Positions 48,527 to 56,463 of a stretch of 64,000 nucleotides of DNA are shown in pieces (positions within the stretch are counted from its first letter, which is position 1; each line of letters opens with the position of its first letter). The stretch covers positions 4,011,018 to 4,075,017 of the forward strand of contig OZ220696.1 of assembly GCA_965116495.1 (NCBI GenBank), written 5' to 3'. Under the pieces are notes generated by a model. It worked only from the letters and a program-made list of their open reading frames with translations. It was not told where the DNA came from and did not search any database. Source of the stretch: Gammaproteobacteria bacterium (lineage in GTDB: Bacteria; Pseudomonadota; Gammaproteobacteria; Eutrophobiales; Eutrophobiaceae). The position numbers were made by a program, and so were the translations under genes.

Positions 48527-49054
48527 ATGTATAGGGATGCCGTCACACTCGCAAAGACTTATTTTTATATCTGCCTGTTGAAGTACCGGCCCCAGGATGT
48601 TCCCGCTTCCCGGGAATTACTGGTAATCAGCGTCGGTATTTATTTTCTGCTTGGTTACGTGTTGGCGGGGCTGGATGAGAACATAGTGAATGCGCTGCCG
48701 GCAGCCATGGTCGATACCGTGTTTTTACTGGCATTCACCCTGTTACTTCTGTTGTTGCGCCGTATGCCGGGCAGGTGGATACAGACGGCAACGGCATTGG
48801 CAGGTACCGGGATAGTGTTTGGCCTGCTGCTCATGCCCGGTATCGTAATCCTGTCCGAATCCGGCCCGGTGACACTCATTCAACAGATCCTGTCCATCCT
48901 GCTCTATCTTGTCCTAATCTGGTACGTGGTTGTACTGGCGCATATCTTCCGGCATGCGCTGTCGTCCTCGTTCGCACTCGGGATATTCATCTCAATGATA
49001 TACCTGTTGCTGGGGGTCTTCATCGAATTAACCATCGTATATCCGGAGCCGTGA
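48527..49054 (+). CDS. Hypothetical polytopic inner-membrane protein
   Basis: 175 aa with about five hydrophobic helices. Its stop overlaps the GTG start of mpl. Confidence 0.5.
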   Translation: MYRDAVTLAKTYFYICLLKYRPQDVPASRELLVISVGIYFLLGYVLAGLDENIVNALPAAMVDTVFLLAFTLLLLLLRRMPGRWIQTATALAGTGIVFGLLLMPGIVILSESGPVTLIQQILSILLYLVLIWYVVVLAHIFRHALSSSFALGIFISMIYLLLGVFIELTIVYPEP

Positions 49055-50406
49055 ATCTGCATATACTCGGGATTTGCGGTACGTTTATGGGCGGCATCGC
49101 CCGTCTGGCGCAACAACTCGGACACCAGGTTGCCGGGAGCGATCAAAATGTTTACCCCCCCATGAGTGACGAGCTGGTGAAGTTGGGCATAGAGGTCAGG
49201 CAGGGTTATGAACCGGACTGGCTCAAGCCCAGGCCGGACCTGGTCATAGTCGGGAATGCCCTGTCGCGGGGCAACAGGAGCGTGGAGTACGTGCTGGCGG
49301 AGAAGCTGCCTTATATATCCGGACCGCAATGGCTGGCGGAAAATGTTTTGCCGGGACACACGGTATTTGCCGTTTCCGGCACACACGGCAAAACCACTAC
49401 TGCAAGTATACTTGCCTGGCTCCTGCATGCCGCGGGGCAGGACCCCGGGTTTCTGATCGGGGGGGTGCCGGAAAATTTCGGGCACTCAGCAGCGCTCGGC
49501 AGTCCGGGTTTGTTCGTGGTTGAAGCCGATGAATATGACACTGCTTTTTTCGATAAACGTTCGAAGTTTATCCACTATCGCCCCGACGTATTAATTATCA
49601 ATAATATAGAATATGATCACGCGGACATATTCGCTGACGTAGGGGCGATCCGGAGGCAGTTCCATCACCTTGTCCGGACCGTACCCGGCAACGGCAGGAT
49701 TATTGCAAAGGCGGCATGCCCACATATCGATACGGTACTGGAGATGGGATGCTGGTCGCCGCTGGACCGTTTTGGTGACAGTTCCTGCGTCTGGCAGACC
49801 GTGCCGTTGAACCCGGACTATTCGAAATTCCAGGTGGTCAGACAGGGACAGGAAGTTGGGAGAGTAGACTGGCCGTTATTTGGCGAGCATAACGCGGAAA
49901 ATGCCCTGGCGGCGCTGATAGCGGCGTACAGTGCCGGCGTACTCCCGCAGCAGGCCTGTGCAAGCCTGTCCGCTTTTACCAGCGTAAAGCGGCGCTTGCA
50001 ATTACTGGCGACGGTTGACGGCGTTTCAGTTTATGATGATTTCGCCCACCATCCGACAGCCATCGCGCACGCCTTGCAAGCACTGAGAAACCGCATCGGT
50101 AATCAGCGTCTTATTGCCATACTGGAGTTGCGTTCGAACACGATGAAAGCAGGAATACATAAAGATACCCTGGCCGGGGCGCTGACTGCGGCAGACCTGG
50201 TCTATGTACTTGAACCTTCCAGGCTTGGCTGGGACCTGCGCACAAGTCTCAACGGCCTGGGTGACAGGTTGCGCGTGGCTCCCACTGTGGGGGATATTGT
50301 GGAACAACTTGACCGGCTCCGGATGCGGCACGATCATATCCTGATCATGAGTAACGGCGGGTTCGATAATATTTACCGGCGTCTGATAGAGAGGTTGTCG
50401 AATTGA
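49051..50406 (+). CDS. mpl: UDP-N-acetylmuramate:L-alanyl-gamma-D-glutamyl-meso-diaminopimelate ligase
   Basis: HILGICGTFMGG and Mur-ligase P-loop VSGTHGKTTT. The start is trimmed to GTG 49051 within ORF 48775. Confidence 0.9.
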   Translation: MNLHILGICGTFMGGIARLAQQLGHQVAGSDQNVYPPMSDELVKLGIEVRQGYEPDWLKPRPDLVIVGNALSRGNRSVEYVLAEKLPYISGPQWLAENVLPGHTVFAVSGTHGKTTTASILAWLLHAAGQDPGFLIGGVPENFGHSAALGSPGLFVVEADEYDTAFFDKRSKFIHYRPDVLIINNIEYDHADIFADVGAIRRQFHHLVRTVPGNGRIIAKAACPHIDTVLEMGCWSPLDRFGDSSCVWQTVPLNPDYSKFQVVRQGQEVGRVDWPLFGEHNAENALAALIAAYSAGVLPQQACASLSAFTSVKRRLQLLATVDGVSVYDDFAHHPTAIAHALQALRNRIGNQRLIAILELRSNTMKAGIHKDTLAGALTAADLVYVLEPSRLGWDLRTSLNGLGDRLRVAPTVGDIVEQLDRLRMRHDHILIMSNGGFDNIYRRLIERLSN

Positions 50407-51014
50407 TGCAAAACATTCCCTTGTTTCCGCTCCACACGGTTTTATATCCGGACGGACAATTGCCGTTGCGGATATTCGAGCCGCGCTACGTGGACATGGT
50501 CAGTAAGTGCCTGAAAAACAATACGGGATTTGGTGTTTGCCTGATAAAGCAGGGCGCGGAAACCGGTCCGGTCGCCACCTGTTTCAACATAGGCACCTAC
50601 GCGGAAATTATTGATTTCTCCCGCCAGACTAATGGTTTGCTGACCATTACCATACAGGGAAAAAAACGCTTGAGGGTTTTGCAGACGGCTGTTCGGAGCA
50701 ACAATTTACTCACAGGGGATATCGACTGGATCGCCCCGAACGAAGCGGAGGAAGATATGGAACAGTACCCGTTACTCAAGGAACTGTACCAGCATATCGT
50801 CGAGAATTATGACACCTTGTACGAATATGAAGAGCGCTTATCCGTCAGTCCGGCAGTACTCAGCTATCGCCTGGCAGAATTTTTGCCGTTTGACAATAAT
50901 ATCAAGCAGGAAATCCTGGAAACAGACAAGGCGAATGACCGCCTGGAGTTAATCAATACAAACCTGATGAGCATGGAAATCGAGTTTGATACCAGCGGGA
51001 CCAGTATGCAATAA
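50406..51014 (+). CDS. LON peptidase N-terminal (substrate-binding) domain protein
   Basis: IPLFPLHTVLYPDGQLPLRIFEPRYVDMV. Confidence 0.8.
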   Translation: MQNIPLFPLHTVLYPDGQLPLRIFEPRYVDMVSKCLKNNTGFGVCLIKQGAETGPVATCFNIGTYAEIIDFSRQTNGLLTITIQGKKRLRVLQTAVRSNNLLTGDIDWIAPNEAEEDMEQYPLLKELYQHIVENYDTLYEYEERLSVSPAVLSYRLAEFLPFDNNIKQEILETDKANDRLELINTNLMSMEIEFDTSGTSMQ

Positions 51015-51054
51015 CGGGGCTTGACTATTGCCTTACCCCGATTTAACCAAATCC

Positions 51055-51678
51055 ATGGATCCGGCCACGCTCAGCCTGGCCGGCCTGACGCCCATGCTGG
51101 CGGTCTCTACAACGCTGCTCAGCAGTCTGTCGATAGGGATTGCCTACCTTGCCGTGCTGGTCCTGACCGGTGTAACCGTGTCCTGTACCAGGCGTTTTGT
51201 CCCGGCAGGTTTCAAATCTGTTTATGTGTTGCTGCTTGCAGCGGCCTGGGTCTCAATCATCGATTTACTGATGCAGTCCTGGTGCTATGCGCTCAGGGAC
51301 CAACTGGGTATTTACCTGTGTCTCCTGGCTATGAATACTACTCTCCTGTTCCACCTGGAGGTGTCACCGCTGCAAAAAAGTCTGAGGGAGAGTGCACTGC
51401 CCGGTCTGAAAACAGCCCTGACAGGCGTTGCCCTGCTCACTGCGACAGGCCTGTTGCGTGAATTGGCGGCCACGGGAGGCGTCCTGACGGATATCCGCGT
51501 GCTGTCCCATGTTGAACTGTTGGCATCACTGCAGCCCGTACCCATTTTCACGAGGGGATTACCCCTGTTTGGCGCCAGCGCCGGCGCGTTCATCATCTTC
51601 GGATTACTGCTGGCTGCCCTGTCACATGCCGTCCCGGGTAGAATCCGGTCTTCCAGATCAGCCGCAGACGTTGAATAA
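51055..51678 (+). CDS. Rnf-Nqr family membrane protein (RnfE/RsxE-like), orphan
   Basis: GLTPMLAVSTTLLSSLSIGIAYLAVL and LGIYLCLLAMNTTLL resemble the RnfE/RnfA repeats. It lies immediately upstream of nth, as rsxE does in the rsx-nth operon. Confidence 0.62.
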   Translation: MDPATLSLAGLTPMLAVSTTLLSSLSIGIAYLAVLVLTGVTVSCTRRFVPAGFKSVYVLLLAAAWVSIIDLLMQSWCYALRDQLGIYLCLLAMNTTLLFHLEVSPLQKSLRESALPGLKTALTGVALLTATGLLRELAATGGVLTDIRVLSHVELLASLQPVPIFTRGLPLFGASAGAFIIFGLLLAALSHAVPGRIRSSRSAADVE

Positions 51679-52327
51679 CACCAGGCGCGCACAGATCTTT
51701 TCCCTGTTGAGGCAGCACAACCCTGCGCCTGCGACGGAGCTTCGCTACACCAGTCCCTTCGAGTTGCTGGTATCCGTTATCCTGTCGGCGCAGGCGACGG
51801 ATGTCAGCGTCAACAAGGCCACGGAAAAACTGTTCAGGACGGCCAATACGCCGGAACAGTTTATCAGGCTGGGCGGGCCGGGATTGAAGCAATATATAAA
51901 ATCGATCGGCCTTTACAATACCAAAGCCGAAAACATTATCAGGACCTGCCAAATCCTGGTCGAGACCCATGCCGGCGAGGTTCCCGAGAGTCGTGAAGCA
52001 TTGGAAAAATTGCCGGGGGTCGGCAGGAAAACGGCAAACGTCATCCTCAATACCGCCTTCGGCCAGCCCACCATCGCCGTGGATACCCACATATTCCGGG
52101 TATCCAACCGCACCGGTCTGGCGCCCGGCAAAAACGTCCTGGAAGTTGAGCAGCGCCTGCTGAAGCACGTCCCCGATGAGTACAAACAGGACGCCCACCA
52201 CTGGCTGATCCTGCACGGCCGTTATACCTGCATGGCGCGCAAACCGAAGTGTGGCGAGTGCCTGATTTATGACCTGTGTGAGTGGGGGGAGAAAAGATCG
52301 TTCAGGGACATTGATTATCCAAGATGA
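51671..52327 (+). CDS. nth: Endonuclease III
   Basis: PFELLVSVILSAQATD, HhH-GPD motif LPGVGRKTANV and a C-terminal [4Fe-4S] cluster CX6CX2CX5C. TTG 51671 is the preferred start; ATG 51626 is also possible. Confidence 0.92.
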   Translation: MNNTRRAQIFSLLRQHNPAPATELRYTSPFELLVSVILSAQATDVSVNKATEKLFRTANTPEQFIRLGGPGLKQYIKSIGLYNTKAENIIRTCQILVETHAGEVPESREALEKLPGVGRKTANVILNTAFGQPTIAVDTHIFRVSNRTGLAPGKNVLEVEQRLLKHVPDEYKQDAHHWLILHGRYTCMARKPKCGECLIYDLCEWGEKRSFRDIDYPR

Positions 52328-52381
52328 TCCATTTACATTTGTTTAAAGTTGGTAAGCTGAACCAGATACACTCAAATAGGA

Positions 52382-53167
52382 ATGACCATGTCAAGTTGCT
52401 ATGATGTTTTTGCTGAATGTGTCTCCGCCATTCGAGGTGGCGAGCTCATTCAGGCCGTAAGCGCGACCGATAAGGAATATCACTTTCAAAACTGGTTTCA
52501 AGCCAGACTTGATCATATTCACCTGAATTATGATGAACCAGGACGAAATACCTATCCTGACTTTCGTTTAGTCAATGTGCCGGAAGGTTATGAAGTAAAA
52601 GGACTTGCTACGCCGGGGCGCGACAAAAATTATGACAGCAACAGCCGGATACCTGCAGGATCACACAACGGACGTACGATTTTCTACGTATTCGGACGTT
52701 ATCCCAAAGACCTCTCAGAGTTTGCAACAAACGCAGACGGCAACAAGGAATACCCTGTGATTGACCTGATTATTTGTCATGGAGATTTTTTGAATATCGA
52801 TCATGGTTATATCCATGAAAACAAGAGCATAAAGTGTTTTGGCAGTTATGGTGATATCATGATTCGAGATCGGAAAATGTACGTGGTTCCAACTCCTTAT
52901 GCCCTGACAACAGGTACGACAGGCGTTTACACTTTGATTGTACCGGGTGATTTTGCTGGCGATCCAAGGTTTGAACAAGTTGGTGATTTGGCGCGAGTTG
53001 AAGCAGAAAAGCTGGTCGTGGGTTACAGCTTTAATTTACGCACCAATGATTTGACATCCGAGACCATACCTAACCCATCCACAGGCAAAGAACATCATTT
53101 CATAGCATACAGGCTTAAAGCTCAAGGTGGGAGACCTGTGTCGATGACTATAACGGACAATACATAA
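52382..53167 (+). CDS. Hypothetical protein; candidate PD-(D/E)xK restriction endonuclease
   Basis: 261 aa, AT-rich. It has Glu32 (KEYHFQNW), Pro59-Asp60 (TYPDF) and Glu71-Val-Lys73 (YEVKG) with the spacing expected for a PD-(D/E)xK core. It sits 15 bp upstream of a DNA methyltransferase gene. An alternative start at 52388 has better SD spacing. Confidence 0.5.
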   Translation: MTMSSCYDVFAECVSAIRGGELIQAVSATDKEYHFQNWFQARLDHIHLNYDEPGRNTYPDFRLVNVPEGYEVKGLATPGRDKNYDSNSRIPAGSHNGRTIFYVFGRYPKDLSEFATNADGNKEYPVIDLIICHGDFLNIDHGYIHENKSIKCFGSYGDIMIRDRKMYVVPTPYALTTGTTGVYTLIVPGDFAGDPRFEQVGDLARVEAEKLVVGYSFNLRTNDLTSETIPNPSTGKEHHFIAYRLKAQGGRPVSMTITDNT

Positions 53168-53182
53168 GGGTAAACCAGGACT

Positions 53183-55408
53183 ATGGAAAATTCGGCTGTA
53201 ACGATTGAAGAAAATAAGGAATCTCCAGGTTGTCCCATTTCAGAGTTCGTTTCCGGCCCTAAGTCGGGACAGGCTGCGGAAACATCGCTTACCCAGAGAG
53301 ATCGCGTTAAAGCGATTGAAGTTGCCTTCCCGGTTGAAGAAATAAGCCAACTGGCAGAGCGTGAAAGCTACCGAAAAGAAATTTTCAGGCCGATCTACCA
53401 TATTCATAAGTGGTGGGCTAATCGTTTGGGTTCCGTCTTCCGGGGGATCGTATTAGGCGCCGTTTCAGCTAGCAATATTGATATATGGAAAGAATTTTAT
53501 AAAAAACATGACTTGCAGGATGTCTGTGTCCTGGATCCGTTTATGGGTAGCGGCACAACCCTTGGTGAGGCGGCGAAACTGGGTGTTAAACCGGTTGGTT
53601 GTGATATTAACCCAATAAGCACGTTCGCGGTCAGGCAGGCATTGACCAACGTAGATATTGATGAGCTGGAACGTGTATTTCATAAGCTGGAACAGGAAGT
53701 AAAGCCGGAAATTCAACGGTACTACACAACTCTTGACCGGGAAACCAATCGTCCCATTCCTGGACTGTATTATTTCTGGGTAAAGCTGGTTGAAACGCCC
53801 AGCGGCGAAACGGTGCCGCTGTTCAATTCATACATCTTCAGTAAGAATGCTTATCCAAAGCAGAAGCCATCAGCCCGGATAGTTTGTCCTTCTTGCTGGT
53901 CAGTGAACACGGGCAGATATGATGCAAGCTCTCTCCGATGCCCTCAATGCAGCCACGAGTTTAATCCGCAAAACGGTCCGTCAAATGGGCAATATGTTAC
54001 GGACAGCCTGGGCAACAAATTCAGGATTAAAGAGCTGTTACCGAAAGATGGCCGGCCCCTGCGGCACAGGCTTTATGCAATCATGGTGTTAAACAACGAG
54101 GGCGAAAAAGTTTACCTGTCACCGAATACCTATGACCTTGACTTGGTGGAAGAAGCCAGGCGGCGATTGGCAGAAGAAAATCTGCTTTTACCGCAAATGC
54201 CGGTACGCCCCGGCTACAACACCAACCAGGCAAGGGGTTATAACTATTTGTACTGGAGGGATTTTTTTAACTCAAGGCAACTGCTGTGCCTGGGTTTATT
54301 ACTGAAAAAAATCCAGGCGATAAAGAGTGAAGTGATCAGGGACCAGTTTCTCTGTTTGTTTTCCAGCACACTGGAATTCAACAATTTGTTTTGCAGTTTT
54401 AAAGGTGAAGGAACGGGCGCCGTGAGACATACGTTTTCGCATCATATCCTTAAACCTGAAAGAACTCCGCTTGAGAACAGTGTATGGGGCACTTCCAAAA
54501 GCAGCGGCACTTTTGCTTCTTTATTCAAATCCCGCTTGTTGAAGGCGAAAACATATTTGCAAACACCCTCCGAAATTTATTTCCCCGAAGATATGTTCGG
54601 GAGCATGGAAATGAAGTCGCGATACCTGGTAGCAAGCGATCCGGTTAAGCTGAAAATCACAAATTCATGGGAAGAATTCAGTCGCGCTCCAAACCGGGCA
54701 ATGGTGCTGAATGGAGACAGCGCTGCCCTGCCAATTCCTGACAAGAGTATAGATGCCGTTGTTACTGACCCGCCTTACTTTGACTTCGTTCACTACAGCG
54801 AGTTGAGTGATTTCTTCTTTGCCTGGCTAGCGCCGGTTCTGTCAAGTCGCTACCCGTTTTTTGGTCGAGCCAGCAGCTATCATAAGGATGAGGTGCAGAA
54901 CAAAGACCCTGATCAGTTCGCTACTAACCTGGGCCGCGTTTTCCGCGAATGTTACCGAGTCCTCAAGGACGACGGTGTTTTGTCCTTTAGCTTTCATCAT
55001 TCGCGTCCGGAAGGCTGGTCGGCAATCTACAAGGCGTTGTGTGAAGCAAGGTTCGCTGTGATGACTTCTTATCCCGTCCACGCTGAGATGAAGGTCGCAA
55101 GCCCCAAAACGAGCGCCAAAGAACCCATCTCCCTTGACATGATCCTGGTTTGTAAAAAACAGGAGCAGGCCGTCTCAAGCATATCCGAAGACGATATGGA
55201 AAAACTACTGTCCAGGAAAATCAAACAGGTGGAAAATGGAGGCAATCCAATCTCAAAATCGGACCGGTTTAATATCAGGGCATCGCTGCTCCTGGCTACT
55301 GCATCCAGAATGTCTTTATCCAGCGAGGGCTTTGAAAAGCTGATCAAGGAAGGACAAAACCCAGATGCTGGATTACGAAATAGAGATCAAATGGAAACCG
55401 TTGGATGA
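53183..55408 (+). CDS. Zn-ribbon-containing DNA methyltransferase, DUF1156/COG1743-like (DPPY, probably N6-adenine)
   Basis: N-terminal IYHIHKWWANR (DUF1156-like), motif I DPFMGSGTT (aa 118-126), DINP, CPSC...CPQC ribbon (aa 235-256) and motif IV TDPPY (aa 528-532). Confidence 0.8.
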   Translation: MENSAVTIEENKESPGCPISEFVSGPKSGQAAETSLTQRDRVKAIEVAFPVEEISQLAERESYRKEIFRPIYHIHKWWANRLGSVFRGIVLGAVSASNIDIWKEFYKKHDLQDVCVLDPFMGSGTTLGEAAKLGVKPVGCDINPISTFAVRQALTNVDIDELERVFHKLEQEVKPEIQRYYTTLDRETNRPIPGLYYFWVKLVETPSGETVPLFNSYIFSKNAYPKQKPSARIVCPSCWSVNTGRYDASSLRCPQCSHEFNPQNGPSNGQYVTDSLGNKFRIKELLPKDGRPLRHRLYAIMVLNNEGEKVYLSPNTYDLDLVEEARRRLAEENLLLPQMPVRPGYNTNQARGYNYLYWRDFFNSRQLLCLGLLLKKIQAIKSEVIRDQFLCLFSSTLEFNNLFCSFKGEGTGAVRHTFSHHILKPERTPLENSVWGTSKSSGTFASLFKSRLLKAKTYLQTPSEIYFPEDMFGSMEMKSRYLVASDPVKLKITNSWEEFSRAPNRAMVLNGDSAALPIPDKSIDAVVTDPPYFDFVHYSELSDFFFAWLAPVLSSRYPFFGRASSYHKDEVQNKDPDQFATNLGRVFRECYRVLKDDGVLSFSFHHSRPEGWSAIYKALCEARFAVMTSYPVHAEMKVASPKTSAKEPISLDMILVCKKQEQAVSSISEDDMEKLLSRKIKQVENGGNPISKSDRFNIRASLLLATASRMSLSSEGFEKLIKEGQNPDAGLRNRDQMETVG

Positions 55409-55579
55409 CAGCATGGCGGGTGCGCCTGTGGATCTTTGGATGTCTGATATTGTTTCGCAAACGTTCAGGACTTCATCAAGAAATTCTTTGCCCAAACCTT
55501 TACGTTGTCTCTCATACCAAACAGCAGCAGATTCTATGTCCGTTTCCGCCTCTGGCCGGAGACGTATCTCGAGACTCAC
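55344..55579 (-). pseudogene. ParE/RelE family toxin, frameshifted and probably 3'-truncated
   Basis: Frame 1 reads MSLEIRLRPEAETDIESAAVWYERQRKGLGKEFLDEVLNVCETIS. After ~55443 the family-typical continuation HPKIHRRTRHAVIQRFPFDLYFVI appears in another frame. The tail overlaps the methyltransferase 3' end. Confidence 0.6.
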
Positions 55580-55947
55580 AATCGTTGCTTGAACGCTGCT
55601 ATGACTTCACCTGCTTCACGGCCTTTGATTTTATCCACTTCATAAGCGTCCAGACGCCGATCAAGTTCAGTCCTTTGTTCATCGGTTAACGGCAAGTTGG
55701 CCAGGTTCGCAAGAACCTCCCTGGAGGCATCGAACTGTCTCAGGCTCTGGGCAGGTTCTTCCAATGCCGCAATGGTGTCATCATTGGGTATGCGGGCGTC
55801 AAACGGCAACCCCTTGCGCAGGACTAATTGGCTCAGCGCCATGCGGATATATTCTGTGGGTTTTAACCCAAGTCGGGAGAGTACGGCTTCAGCTTCGGCT
55901 TTAAGTTCCGGTTCAATTCGGATTTGCATCTGTTTGGTCCTGCTCAT
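55576..55947 (-). CDS. Antitoxin with composite architecture (RelB/DinJ-like RHH N-terminus plus 'addiction module component' C-terminus)
   Basis: The N-terminus MSRTKQMQIRIEPELKAEAEAVLSRLGLKPTEYIRMAL is DinJ/RelB-like. The C-terminus LPLTDEQRTELDRRLDAYE...EVIAAFKQRL is TIGR02574-like. A GTGA overlap couples it to the toxin gene. Confidence 0.62.
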   Translation of the reverse strand: MSRTKQMQIRIEPELKAEAEAVLSRLGLKPTEYIRMALSQLVLRKGLPFDARIPNDDTIAALEEPAQSLRQFDASREVLANLANLPLTDEQRTELDRRLDAYEVDKIKGREAGEVIAAFKQRL

Positions 55948-56200
55948 AACGATAATTGCCCTGTGTTTGCCTGGATATAGTCTGAATGAAATAGCTACCA
56001 TTTGCAATACAAATATTGCGCCGGTTCGCGGATGTCAATACTGCTTTGGGATGACACATGAAAAATAATTCCTGCGTCTGTCAGCTTGTCTGAAAATGCC
56101 CATCGAACGATACTGCCCTGTAAACGATCATCAGTACGTATTTTAAAGGAGTCAATGGAGGTGACACGTATCTACTACCTCAGTCGGGTTCTCTGATCGC

Positions 56201-56431
56201 TTGAAACAGGAAAAGATATTCGATGCGGAAAAAGCCGACGCCTTTGCCGGGGCGTTGAATGACGAGCTGTCGGATCAACTGGCGACTAAACCTGACCTTG
56301 TTGAGTTGGATAACAGGATGGAAATAAGAATGATACAAATGGAAAACAGGCTCATCAAACGGATGATCGGTCTTGTTCTCGCTGCTACTGCCATCAATCT
56401 GACAGTTACCGGTTCCCTGGTAACACTTTGA
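56201..56431 (+). CDS. DUF1640-like coiled-coil, C-terminally membrane-anchored protein (possibly 5'-truncated)
   Basis: LATKPDLVELDNRMEIRMIQMENRLIKRMIGLVLAATAINL resembles DUF1640 proteins. It has only a TTG start, with an in-frame stop 12 codons upstream. Confidence 0.4.
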   Translation: MKQEKIFDAEKADAFAGALNDELSDQLATKPDLVELDNRMEIRMIQMENRLIKRMIGLVLAATAINLTVTGSLVTL

Positions 56432-56463
56432 ATACAACTTTCAATCAGTTGACTCGATAGGCT

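Noticed and set aside
48775-49050. 92-codon N-terminal extension of the mpl ORF
   Set aside because: The extension overlaps the upstream membrane-protein gene in another frame. Mpl homology starts at VNLHILGICGTFMGG, so I chose GTG 49051 as the start.
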